Source of the DNA: a virus
Length of the DNA: 64,000 nucleotides
Reading direction: 5' to 3' (one strand)
Virus record (IMG/VR): IMGVR_UViG_3300034283_002790
Location: 32,001 to 96,000 of that record
The position numbers and the translations under genes were made by a program. Below the pieces are notes generated by a model. That model saw nothing but the letters and a program-made list of their open reading frames with translations. It had not been told where the DNA came from and made no database searches. Positions 30,008 to 38,246 of this stretch are shown here, one piece after another (the first letter of the stretch is position 1; the number at the start of each line of letters is the position of its first letter).

Positions 30008-30269
30008 ATTTATCCTTCATGTTAAAATTAAGAGTATGGTTGATTGTAACTGTTATTTGATTAGTATCGAAATGACGTATTTTACCATCTTCAAAAGAAG
30101 AACATACCCATATGGTATTTCTATGTATCCCATAATCTATTATAAATAAAACCTGGGCTTCTCCAAAAGGTGTGTTCACTGTTATAACTTGTTGTACTTC
30201 ATGAATTGAGGTCATATTGATAAATATGAATATTATAAAATTATCACAGGTTAAATATTTATGATTCAC
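30006..30269 (-). CDS. small hypothetical protein (true start probably an internal Met)
   Basis: C-terminal ~70 aa look globular (VNTPFGEAQVLFIIDYG...WVC...GKIRHF). Confidence 0.65.
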   Translation of the reverse strand: MNHKYLTCDNFIIFIFINMTSIHEVQQVITVNTPFGEAQVLFIIDYGIHRNTIWVCSSFEDGKIRHFDTNQITVTINHTLNFNMKDK

Positions 30270-30271
30270 AT

Positions 30272-30940
30272 ATGAAAATATATTTCGATCATATTAATGG
30301 TTTTGGTAAAATAAGTGATTTCGAGGTAATAGTTAACTGTGCCTATGGAATTCAAGAAAAAGAAGATAACCCATCCGAGTTGATGAATCAAGGGTGGATT
30401 CCCTGGAAAGATAGATGGTATAATGAAAGAAGTACAAGAATAAATCTTACAAACTATAAACCAAGTAAAACGACAAAAAGACTGTCAAATAAAATTACTA
30501 CCAGAAAAGGAGACATAAAAAAATATATAGAGATTTACAAGGAAATTCATCAAAAATACTCCACTCATAAATCATTTCAGAGAAATATAAGTCTTGATAC
30601 ATTTTTAGATTGTGAGATAATAGAATATTGGAAAGATAATCTTATTGCTCTGTCTATTTATAAAATGATCGGAAAGGATATGATTGCATATCAATTTATT
30701 TGGGACTATGAAGATCCAAAATTGTCTATGGGAAATGTTGCTCAGATGTTTGAGTGTGAACAAGCAAGGTTAAATCAATGTGACTATGTTTACCTTATGG
30801 GTGGATATGAAAAATGTTGTGAATACAAATCGGAATTTTCTGGATTTGAGTTTTGGACTGGTCTTGAATGGTCTTCCGATGTTGACTTATATAAAAATCT
30901 TATAAGTCGAGATCAAAAAGTTATAATACAAAATATATAA
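30272..30940 (+). CDS. ATE/Bpt-family aminoacyl-tRNA--protein transferase (N-degron tagging)
   Basis: GW..W...WYNERSTRINL (ATE_N-like) and LSMGNVAQMFECEQAR...YVYLMGGYEKCCEYKSEF (ATE_C-like YxYLG...YK). Confidence 0.7.
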   Translation: MKIYFDHINGFGKISDFEVIVNCAYGIQEKEDNPSELMNQGWIPWKDRWYNERSTRINLTNYKPSKTTKRLSNKITTRKGDIKKYIEIYKEIHQKYSTHKSFQRNISLDTFLDCEIIEYWKDNLIALSIYKMIGKDMIAYQFIWDYEDPKLSMGNVAQMFECEQARLNQCDYVYLMGGYEKCCEYKSEFSGFEFWTGLEWSSDVDLYKNLISRDQKVIIQNI

Positions 30941-30961
30941 AAAAAGGGACAGACTGTCCCT
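30939..30961 (-). terminator. intrinsic terminator closing the large non-coding unit
   Basis: AGGGACA-gac-TGTCCCT hairpin with a U-tract on the minus strand (A-run at 30939-30945). Confidence 0.7.
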
Positions 30962-30964
30962 AAT

Positions 30965-31922
30965 ATTTTACCGGTGGCTCCATTAAAAGAAACGCTGAGA
31001 TTACACGTTTTTGTGAGAACCTTTAGAGTCATTATTGTTTCTACTCTTATCCACTTCCTTTTGGAAAGTATTTCTCAGTGACGGTCTTTTAGGTTTACCA
31101 CTCCTTAAGGTTTGAATTACTCTCATCCTAATCTACTCTTTTCGAGGATGCCTCCCCAACTCGTCCTTGCGGGACTAAAGGTTTTTCGGATAATTACACT
31201 CAGACTTGGGATCTTTGTGTGCAATGAACGGCTCATTACTATGTAGTCACCTTTCATCCAAACCTGACGGACACTTTTCCTTATTTTTTATTAATTATTG
31301 GAATAATCAACTTCCATAAGTTTTGTGTTGTGGATTGTGAAAGTAGTGGTCCGCCAACCAAGCCAACCCATCTTTTGAACGAGTCGATACTCAACTACTC
31401 TCTGAAATGTCCCCATTTCCATATTTTTAGACTACTTCGAAACAAATCTTTTGGTAAAGATTCATTAAGGTTCATAACAGCACCACCTGTACATAAACAT
31501 ACCTTTCGGTTTTAAGTATCCTATAATATTGGAATCCGTAATTATAAAGTTGGATAACTCTATTTCTTACATAATTCCTACGGGTTATTCCTATCGGTGT
31601 TCCCACCTCAACTAGACGACCCACATCGCCCAATCGTCAAACCACTTTCCTTACAGCGTTGCCCTCAGTACTAAAGGTTTAACGGTATCCCGCTTGCATA
31701 CTCGACCTCGAATGTCCGAAGACAAACAAGACGCAAACCAGTTACACTTCTGATTCACTTTATCCCACTTTCGTGGTTTATTTATTGACCATATGCGGCC
31801 AAATATCTTTATTACTCAAAGGAGAGAATTACATCTCTATTATCGGTCAAATAATCTGACCGGACTTTTTTGTAAAAGGATAATTCAATTTTTCAAAGAA
31901 CTTTTCGGACGTTTCCGAACTG
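30965..31922 (-). ncRNA. large (~950 nt) structured non-coding RNA, GOLLD/ROOL-like in size and context
   Basis: No credible ORF and clearly higher GC than the flanks. Tetraloop hairpins CCAC-GAAA-GTGG (31765-31776), TGTC-TTCG-GACA (31713-31724), ACC-GAAA-GGT (31501-31510) and a GCAA-capped stem (31163-31175). Own promoter and terminator. Confidence 0.75.
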
Positions 31923-31929
31923 TTTGATA

Positions 31930-31958
31930 AGTATACGAGTAACATTTGAAAAAGTCAA
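31930..31958 (-). promoter_or_regulatory. promoter of the large ncRNA
   Basis: Minus strand reads TTGACT-N17-TATACT, near-consensus sigma70. TACTTAT overlapping it also resembles the phage TATTTAT motif. Confidence 0.6.
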
Positions 31959-31977
31959 CTCGAAACGAAAATTTTTT

Positions 31978-32124
31978 TTAAAAACTTTCAACGTAAACTT
32001 TATCGGTCCCAAAAAAGTTTGCTCTTTCCCGTGCAAAACCTAAATTTGGGGTATAAAATTTAAGACCTCTCTCATTAAAGTAATAATAAATTTCAATTTT
32101 TTCGACTGTGATTTCTTCTGTCAT
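31978..32124 (-). CDS. 48-aa hypothetical protein absent from the ORF track
   Basis: MTEEITVEKIEIYYYFNERGLKFYTPNLGFARERANFFGTDKVYVESF; TAATTTTG promoter element at 32148-32155. Confidence 0.6.
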   Translation of the reverse strand: MTEEITVEKIEIYYYFNERGLKFYTPNLGFARERANFFGTDKVYVESF

Positions 32125-32184
32125 AGTTTCTATTAATTAATTTGATACAAAATTAGGTAAATTTAAATTAAAAAACAAATTTTT

Positions 32185-33333
32185 TTATAAAATTTTTGAA
32201 AAAATATCCAGAATTCTATTTTTTTCTTCTGAAATTTTTTTGTTGGGATACATTGTGGCGTTCTGTTTGTTTAATTCTGCCTCAATATCATCAAGTTTTT
32301 TAGTTCCGGTTGAAAAAAAATCTTCTAATGCCTTTTTTATTTTTTCTTTATCAACTTTTACTACATTGAACTCTACTTGTTCTGGTGCTTCTTCTTCTGA
32401 AGGTACTTCTGGAGCATTCTTGATATTACCCTCCTTATCCATAAATTCAAAAATATCTTTTCCTTGATCCGTTCCTATGTGTACGTGGCTTGAACTTGGA
32501 TAGGAAGGCCACTCTGTTATTTTCCCAATGAAATCACCAGGTTTTACTTTGTCTCCGGGTTCTAACTTTACAGAATCCAAATGTGTGTAAAAAACACTTG
32601 GATCACCATTTTCACCAGAAATGGACAACTGAGTCCCGAAAATATTTTTTTTCTTTTTACTAGATTCGTGTTTTTTTGCCACTTTTCCATGTGTCAAAGA
32701 ATAAACTGAAGTGCCTATTGGTGCTTGTATATCCCAAGCATGTCTGGATGACCAATCTGGTGTGGATCTTTTGGCATGATCACTTGGTGTTGATATAATT
32801 TTTATTGGGTTTCCTCCAGAAAAAAAAGTCTTAGATTCCATTTTTGGAACTTTTTTCTTTTGTGCTACGGTCATTGTGACTGTCTCTTTATTACCGATTT
32901 CACCACTTACTATTTCCGCCCCAGATAGATATTTCTCAGGATTTACCCAATTTCCAGATTCTGATTTTCTAATTTCAAAATGTAAATGTGGCCCAGTTGA
33001 CTTACCACCACCACCTTCTAAACCTTGTCCACCACCAGATTCGGCAATTTTTTGACCCTGTTTAACTTTATCACCCACATCAACAAGTCTTTGAGTTAAA
33101 TGTGCGTAGGCTGAATAGAAATTTTCTCCATCAACATTATGTTTGATTATTATAAAATTACCATAACCACGTTTATTTCTCATGTCGGATCTAACAACTT
33201 CACCATCTGCAACTGAAATCACATCAGAACCATCAGGTATGGCAATGTCAATACCATTATGATGTTTTCCCCATCTAGGACCAAATCCAGAGGTCTTAGT
33301 TCCTTTTTTAGATAATGGATAAACTAATTTCAT
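32185..33333 (-). CDS. tandem double M23 peptidase (cell-wall endopeptidase)
   Basis: Domain 1 HNGID...HLHFE and domain 2 HAWDIQA...HVHIG, each with HxxxD and HxH ligands. Confidence 0.88.
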   Translation of the reverse strand: MKLVYPLSKKGTKTSGFGPRWGKHHNGIDIAIPDGSDVISVADGEVVRSDMRNKRGYGNFIIIKHNVDGENFYSAYAHLTQRLVDVGDKVKQGQKIAESGGGQGLEGGGGKSTGPHLHFEIRKSESGNWVNPEKYLSGAEIVSGEIGNKETVTMTVAQKKKVPKMESKTFFSGGNPIKIISTPSDHAKRSTPDWSSRHAWDIQAPIGTSVYSLTHGKVAKKHESSKKKKNIFGTQLSISGENGDPSVFYTHLDSVKLEPGDKVKPGDFIGKITEWPSYPSSSHVHIGTDQGKDIFEFMDKEGNIKNAPEVPSEEEAPEQVEFNVVKVDKEKIKKALEDFFSTGTKKLDDIEAELNKQNATMYPNKKISEEKNRILDIFSKIL

Positions 33334-33335
33334 AT

Positions 33336-33824
33336 TTACATAAATACTTCATTCTTTGAAAACCACTCAGGTATATTTCTATTTTTCCACACGGCAAAAT
33401 TCTTTTTCGATCCCATGTAGTAATTTCTGTAAGATTCTACCACATCGATAACTTTGTATTCATCTGGCATTGCTTTAGGAGGAGTTGTAAAATCAATGTC
33501 CGGTATTTGTGGTTTGTTAATCATACACCACTCAATAACTTGTTGGGACTTGTGTCGTTTACCGTAACGATAAGTATACTCTTTACACAACTCCAATCCG
33601 AGATCACAAAGATAAAGATAATTAGATAGTGATTCTCGAGCCCAAATCGCACAGGGGTGATTTTTGTGAGATAACTTGTAGGGAACTTGAGGGGTAACTT
33701 GGGGGGTCATATGATGAACACCACATAAAAGTTGTGCTGTTTCAAGGATCATTTTTACTACGTGCTTATCACAATGATATTGAGCACATTTTTTCGTGTT
33801 GTAATCTAAAATAAAAATATTCAT
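33336..33824 (-). CDS. pyrimidine-dimer DNA glycosylase / T4 endonuclease V-like
   Basis: MNIF.LD...CA..HCDKHVVKMILETAQLL...HKNHPC..WARES signature; TACCTTTG promoter at 33829-33836. Confidence 0.8.
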   Translation of the reverse strand: MNIFILDYNTKKCAQYHCDKHVVKMILETAQLLCGVHHMTPQVTPQVPYKLSHKNHPCAIWARESLSNYLYLCDLGLELCKEYTYRYGKRHKSQQVIEWCMINKPQIPDIDFTTPPKAMPDEYKVIDVVESYRNYYMGSKKNFAVWKNRNIPEWFSKNEVFM

Positions 33825-33847
33825 ACCACAAAGGTATAAAATTTTTT

Positions 33848-34459
33848 TTATTGTGCCAAATATGTCATTAGAACACCACCGATAGATGATGCGTGAACCT
33901 GGAGGTGATTAATAGACTCCATGTCCAGATTTGTTTTTCTACGAGTAAAATCAATTGCTAATACACCAATAAACCGTCCCTCAATAGTCTTAATTGCAAA
34001 CAAATATGATGATTTAGATCCACATTCTTCTGCAATATATTTAAGTCCGAAGGTTGCAATTGTTTCATCTTTGAAGTCGGAAATTTGAATTATGTCATTT
34101 TGATAAAGTTCATTTATTGCTCTTGAAAATAACTGAACCGGTATATTTTTGAAATTAGATTGTACTGATTGAGTACTAGCACCGACTGTTTCATACATTA
34201 TTGAGAATTTAGCCATCGATTTACCTGTTGGATAAAAATTACCACCATTATGAAATTGAGAGATCCAAACTCGGTCCGCTTTAAATTCGTCTTTGATGTG
34301 ATCAATTTTTTGATTTATTAATTCACTTACTCTAAGCGTATCCATGACCATATCTGGTTTAACTTTTCTTTTCTCTAAAAAATCTCTAATGTAAATTATT
34401 AATACTGGTCCTAATACCCCGGTGATAAATGCGACTGCAATAGTTACAAAATTCTCCAT
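33848..34459 (-). CDS. membrane-anchored GAF-like protein, candidate T4 T-type holin
   Basis: One N-terminal TM helix then a GAF-like body (ADRVWISQFHNG...GRFIGVLAIDF); sits among lysis genes. Confidence 0.45.
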   Translation of the reverse strand: MENFVTIAVAFITGVLGPVLIIYIRDFLEKRKVKPDMVMDTLRVSELINQKIDHIKDEFKADRVWISQFHNGGNFYPTGKSMAKFSIMYETVGASTQSVQSNFKNIPVQLFSRAINELYQNDIIQISDFKDETIATFGLKYIAEECGSKSSYLFAIKTIEGRFIGVLAIDFTRRKTNLDMESINHLQVHASSIGGVLMTYLAQ

Positions 34460-34512
34460 GTTATGTAATATTTAAAAACCCCCCAGAAATAAACCCGGGG
34501 GGTGAAAAAATT

Positions 34513-34686
34513 TTATGAGTTGTTTTTTTCGATTATGGACCAGATAGTTCCTGTTAATGTGATTACTCCACCGATGATTTCAGTTAATGTTTTTTCGTCA
34601 ACAATACCTTTCATTACCAAAATACCACCAACAAATGTTAAAGAATGTCTCACAATTCCTAATATTTGTTCTTTTGTAAGTTTCAT
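34513..34686 (-). CDS. 57-aa two-TM holin-like protein absent from the ORF track
   Basis: MKLTKEQILGIVRHSLTFVGGILVMKGIVDEKTLTEIIGGVITLTGTIWSIIEKNNS; resembles Pam3-gp28-type putative holins. Confidence 0.7.
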   Translation of the reverse strand: MKLTKEQILGIVRHSLTFVGGILVMKGIVDEKTLTEIIGGVITLTGTIWSIIEKNNS

Positions 34687-34750
34687 AATTAATTTAGTTA
34701 AAAGTTTATTTACTAAATAAATATGTAAACAAAAGTAAAATTATATATTC

Positions 34751-34849
34751 TTACTGATGATTTTGTTTTTTGTCAATTAGAAACAAAATTAAAATCCATA
34801 CAAATAGACCCATAGGAATAGAGAGAGAAATAATTTCAGATATTTTCAT
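34751..34849 (-). CDS. 32-aa single-TM peptide absent from the ORF track
   Basis: MKISEIISLSIPMGLFVWILILFLIDKKQNHQ, overlapping the stop region of the upstream gene. Confidence 0.45.
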   Translation of the reverse strand: MKISEIISLSIPMGLFVWILILFLIDKKQNHQ

Positions 34850-35069
34850 TATTATTTTTTTTTTGAATTTTTTTACTTATAAATCTTCTGTACCTTTTTA
34901 GAACATAAATTTTGGACTTATTAAAATAATTTTCACCAATTACAGAATACCAAATTACTGTCATAAAAATCAATGGAAGTCCGGACAATGAAGTACCAAA
35001 GTAAATTGCCCATTTTATGTATAAAAATGTGATGACCAGGTCAAATAAATAATTTAAAAATTTTAACAT
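34836..35069 (-). CDS. small two-TM membrane protein
   Basis: Two hydrophobic stretches and a basic C-terminus. Confidence 0.6.
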   Translation of the reverse strand: MLKFLNYLFDLVITFLYIKWAIYFGTSLSGLPLIFMTVIWYSVIGENYFNKSKIYVLKRYRRFISKKIQKKNNNENI

Positions 35070-35083
35070 TGTAATTTAAATTG

Positions 35084-35195
35084 TAATCGAAAAAGGGTTC
35101 GAACCTTTACTACTGTTTTTAACTCAGCATCTCCGTTTAACTGGATAGCGTCTACCACATCAAGTACCTTCGTACTGTCATTTCGCCATTCGATT
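35084..35195 (-). tRNA. atypical tRNA-Leu(TAA)-like gene with D-loop insertion
   Basis: Acceptor AATCGAA/TTCGATT plus A73, D-arm TGGCGAAATG...GGTAGACGC split by an extra ~22-nt hairpin, GTTAAAC loop on a poorly paired stem, long variable arm, T-arm AAAGG-TTCGAAC-CCTTT. No encoded CCA. Confidence 0.6.
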
Positions 35196-35202
35196 AATCT
35201 TT

Positions 35203-35508
35203 TTAATCATTCTTAATTGTGACTAAATTTAGTCTAGTCGGAATAATCTCAATACATTTTTCTTCCACAATCTCTCCTCGGGAGTAGACAATTAAGTCAT
35301 AAATCCCGACTTGTAAATTCCAAAATTTTATATTTTTTACTTTATCCATTCCGATGGGTGGAAGATAAAACCCATCATTATAAGTGATTACAACACTATC
35401 AGAAACTGCGCTTCTGATAGGAATATTTAATCTTGTTTTATTTGTCATTAACATATCCTGTCCATAAATCATGGGAGATATAAAAAGAATCCAAAAGAAC
35501 TTTTTCAT
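35203..35508 (-). CDS. hypothetical secreted protein
   Basis: Signal-peptide-like MKKFFWILFISPMIYGQ. Confidence 0.6.
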   Translation of the reverse strand: MKKFFWILFISPMIYGQDMLMTNKTRLNIPIRSAVSDSVVITYNDGFYLPPIGMDKVKNIKFWNLQVGIYDLIVYSRGEIVEEKCIEIIPTRLNLVTIKND

Positions 35509-35715
35509 TTATTTGTTTTTTTTGTTAAGAAAATTTGAAATTTCAGTACTCCAGTATTCATAAGCGGGATAAAGTATTAATACTCCCAAAATCACTAAAA
35601 TCATTGATAATATAGAAACATCATTATAGAAATAATAAGATACCATGAATGAAGATATCAGAACAATCATTGTCCCAATAAAAATTGATAAAAACTCTTT
35701 AAATTTTTCTAACAT
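35509..35715 (-). CDS. two-TM membrane protein
   Basis: Start moved to ATG 35715 because TATCTTTG (35728-35735) overlaps the track's TTG start. Confidence 0.6.
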   Translation of the reverse strand: MLEKFKEFLSIFIGTMIVLISSFMVSYYFYNDVSILSMILVILGVLILYPAYEYWSTEISNFLNKKNK

Positions 35716-35758
35716 AACTTTTTTATTCAAAGATAGTAAAAAAAATTAAAAAGTCAAA

Positions 35759-36301
35759 TTAATTAAATCCGAAATTGGGGTCATTGTCTCGGTTAAACCT
35801 ATCACTAAAAGTATCTACCGTTCTTCTTAATGAACCGGAAAAATCACTTAAAAACTCTAAAATCGATGAAGTTTCTTCAACCAAATAATTAAAATCAATA
35901 TTGTAAGACTCATAATCTGAAACATCCATTTGATCCAGCATGATAAATTTATCTTTTAATTTTCCAAGTTTTTTGATTAAAACTTTGGATTTTTCTCTGA
36001 GTTCATCCTCAGTAAAATCTCCTAGTATTTTATCCAACCTAAAAATTACTCGTTCTAGTTTCATTGCGATCGACTCAAAAAACTCTTTCTTTTCCACATT
36101 ATCGAAGTCTGTATCCAGTAATAAGGAAATTATTTTTGCCATCATCAAAGATAATTCACTTATCATTTCTAATGAATTACTAAAAACATGTCTTCCGTGT
36201 GAAGCCATAACAAACGGGTCATCATACCCACCAATTTCTAAAATTACCTTTTTAACGATATTTCGAAGTTGAGATTCTGAAAGTCTAATTACTTTTTTCA
36301 T
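35759..36301 (-). CDS. late protein with MKKVIRLSESQL leader
   Basis: Shared leader family; TATTTAT upstream. Confidence 0.7.
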   Translation of the reverse strand: MKKVIRLSESQLRNIVKKVILEIGGYDDPFVMASHGRHVFSNSLEMISELSLMMAKIISLLLDTDFDNVEKKEFFESIAMKLERVIFRLDKILGDFTEDELREKSKVLIKKLGKLKDKFIMLDQMDVSDYESYNIDFNYLVEETSSILEFLSDFSGSLRRTVDTFSDRFNRDNDPNFGFN

Positions 36302-36322
36302 ATTATAATAAATATCACCAAA

Positions 36323-36877
36323 TCAAATAAGTTCAAACCCTAACTCAACGCAACTATCCATTTTTAAGATTTCATATTTTAAACCGAACTCCTCTATCAC
36401 CGCAAAACTTAATTTGGCAGAATCCCTTCCTCTATTGTTTACCTCGAAAAATCGTTGTTTTTTCGAGCGTTCAACATTGAAAAAATTTTCAAAATTACTA
36501 TCATAAAATATTTTTATAACAAACACTAATCTACCTTTTGGCGTAAATAATCCACAATAAGTGTCTTTTTGATCATGTGGGGTGTCCATATTGATCCTAC
36601 CTATCTCACCTAATGACTTAGATTTTGTTATCCTGAATTTATTTTCAGAATTGGGTTCGATCTTCGAACTCTTTAAAGAGTATAGTTGTGAATCTGGACC
36701 ATTAATTCTTTTGTTTTGATTATTTTCTATGTTCAAAAAATCTCTCAAAGAAACCTCCCTATACTTGTCATTAAATAAAAATTCCAAAGGTAAAACTTTA
36801 TCTATAAAATCTAACTTATCACCTAATGTTTTTTTATTCAAAAAACAAACTATTATTTTTTCAAAAATTTTTTTCAT
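36323..36877 (-). CDS. hypothetical protein under a host-type promoter
   Basis: 184 aa; TACTTTTG at 36897-36904. Confidence 0.65.
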   Translation of the reverse strand: MKKIFEKIIVCFLNKKTLGDKLDFIDKVLPLEFLFNDKYREVSLRDFLNIENNQNKRINGPDSQLYSLKSSKIEPNSENKFRITKSKSLGEIGRINMDTPHDQKDTYCGLFTPKGRLVFVIKIFYDSNFENFFNVERSKKQRFFEVNNRGRDSAKLSFAVIEEFGLKYEILKMDSCVELGFELI

Positions 36878-36948
36878 ACATATTTCTAAACTTTCACAAA
36901 AGTAAAAAAAACAAACTTAAATGTCAAATTTTAATATTTATATAATAT

Positions 36949-37251
36949 ATGACACAAGTTATTGTTTCTTCAGTAATAGGAGGTACTTTTCCCATTTTCA
37001 TCTATGCTTGTGATAGTTTTGGAAACAATTGCTCATTGGTTGCTAGTGTAACGTCTGTAACACCTTTACCATATATTATAACTCTTCCCCCACAATTTGA
37101 TACAGCACCTCAAATAATGTTAAAATTTGTTGATGCAATCGGTTGCGAACATTCTGAAATTCTTCTATGTACTCTGGATGAAAAAATATTCGAAGATGGG
37201 GTTACCTTTTTATTTATGGATGGAATTACTTTTATTTTTCAAGATCAATAA
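36949..37251 (+). CDS. small probable virion protein
   Basis: Beta-rich, Cys pairs, C-terminal FEDG.TFLFMDG.TFIFQD repeat; TATTTAT upstream. Confidence 0.6.
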   Translation: MTQVIVSSVIGGTFPIFIYACDSFGNNCSLVASVTSVTPLPYIITLPPQFDTAPQIMLKFVDAIGCEHSEILLCTLDEKIFEDGVTFLFMDGITFIFQDQ

Positions 37252-37276
37252 TTGTTATATTTATAATATATAAATT

Positions 37277-38032
37277 ATGTCTCAAGAAAAACTAACAGAC
37301 CGAACTTTAGCAACTGGAGTTACTTTGAATGATTTATTTCATATTGTAATTACGGGAGACACAACGCAGAGTAGTGATGGATCATCATACAAGGCTACAA
37401 TTCAGCAATTAGCAACTGCAATCTCTGGTGGAACAAGCGGAACCAACGGAACAAGCGGAACCAACGGAACAAGCGGAACCAACGGAACAAGCGGAACTTC
37501 TCCTGTCAGTCCATACCCATATGTTTATGGTTTATTTTCACAAACTGGAAATAGTGTAACTGTATCAGGCACTACTTCAGAAACAACGATTATTGGCCCT
37601 GGTATTGGTTCTCTAACAGTATCTGCAAATACTTTTAGTGTTGGTGATTCATTCACAATTAAACTTTTTGGTGACATGGGGTCTCAGAACAACGACACTT
37701 TACAAATAAAAATTAAAAGTGGAAGTGTGATATTAGGAACCACAGGTTCATTAACAATGCCATCAGTAACCAATTCTCATTTCATGTTAAATGTCGGGTT
37801 TACAATAAGATCTACTGGAACTACAGGCGTGGCATCAATAGTCTCCTCTGGATTTTTTACATACACTCAAAACGCATCAGGTAATCAAGAAGGGGGTAGT
37901 TTTAGTACTTTGAATAATACTACTTTTGATACAACATCCTCAAACACTCTCGATATAACGGCACAGTTCAATTCTACAAACTCAGCGAATTTTATCTATT
38001 CTGAATTTTTTGTATTAAACAAAGTTTATTGA
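37277..38032 (+). CDS. tail-fibre/appendage-like protein with G-X-Y (GTSGTN) repeats
   Basis: Thr/Ser/Gly-rich with (GTSGTN)3-GTSGTS; TATTTAT upstream. Confidence 0.6.
   Translation: MSQEKLTDRTLATGVTLNDLFHIVITGDTTQSSDGSSYKATIQQLATAISGGTSGTNGTSGTNGTSGTNGTSGTSPVSPYPYVYGLFSQTGNSVTVSGTTSETTIIGPGIGSLTVSANTFSVGDSFTIKLFGDMGSQNNDTLQIKIKSGSVILGTTGSLTMPSVTNSHFMLNVGFTIRSTGTTGVASIVSSGFFTYTQNASGNQEGGSFSTLNNTTFDTTSSNTLDITAQFNSTNSANFIYSEFFVLNKVY
37430..37497 (+). repeat. 18-nt tandem repeat GGAACAAGCGGAACCAAC x3 plus a partial copy (coding)
   Basis: Exact copies in frame, encoding GTSGTN. Confidence 0.95.
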
Positions 38033-38124
38033 TTTAATTCCGATAAATAAAGTTCGTAAAGATAAACGAAATAATCTTCAGAATTTATAAATTCTTCGTG
38101 AATTGTTTGATGAATATCTTCCAT
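38026..38124 (-). CDS. 32-aa hypothetical peptide downstream of tRNA-Arg
   Basis: MEDIHQTIHEEFINSEDYFVYLYELYLSELNQ; not in the ORF track. Confidence 0.4.
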   Translation of the reverse strand: MEDIHQTIHEEFINSEDYFVYLYELYLSELNQ

Positions 38125-38136
38125 ATTTTTAATTAG

Positions 38137-38209
38137 TATCCCTATCAGGGCTCGAACCTGAATGATTTCTTTAGAAGAGAAATATGTTATCCAGTTACAT
38201 CATAGGGAC
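38137..38209 (-). tRNA. tRNA-Arg(TCT)
   Basis: GTCCCTA/TAGGGAT acceptor, D-arm ATGT-AACTGGATA-ACAT, TTTCT-CTTCTAA-AGAAA anticodon arm, TCAGG-TTCGAGC-CCTGA T-arm. CCA not encoded. Confidence 0.92.
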
Positions 38210-38246
38210 AAGACTATTATAAGTAAAAAAAAACTTATAATCAACT

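Noticed and set aside
31330-31515. 61-aa ORF inside the non-coding unit
   Set aside because: Starts at GTG with no initiation context, lies antisense to the predicted RNA and has no protein-like motif.
30965-31922. RNase P RNA, group I or II intron, or rRNA fragment as the identity of the large RNA
   Set aside because: No GAGGAAAGUCC/CGGCUUA RNase P pair, no complete group II domain V, no convincing group I P7 elements, no interrupted host gene, and no recognisable rRNA sequence. A covariance search is still needed.
34502-34720. 72-aa plus-strand ORF
   Set aside because: Shadow of the better-supported minus-strand holin-like ORF 34513-34686.
37430-37497. Possible CRISPR array
   Set aside because: Repeats are adjacent with no spacers and are in-frame GTSGTN coding repeats.
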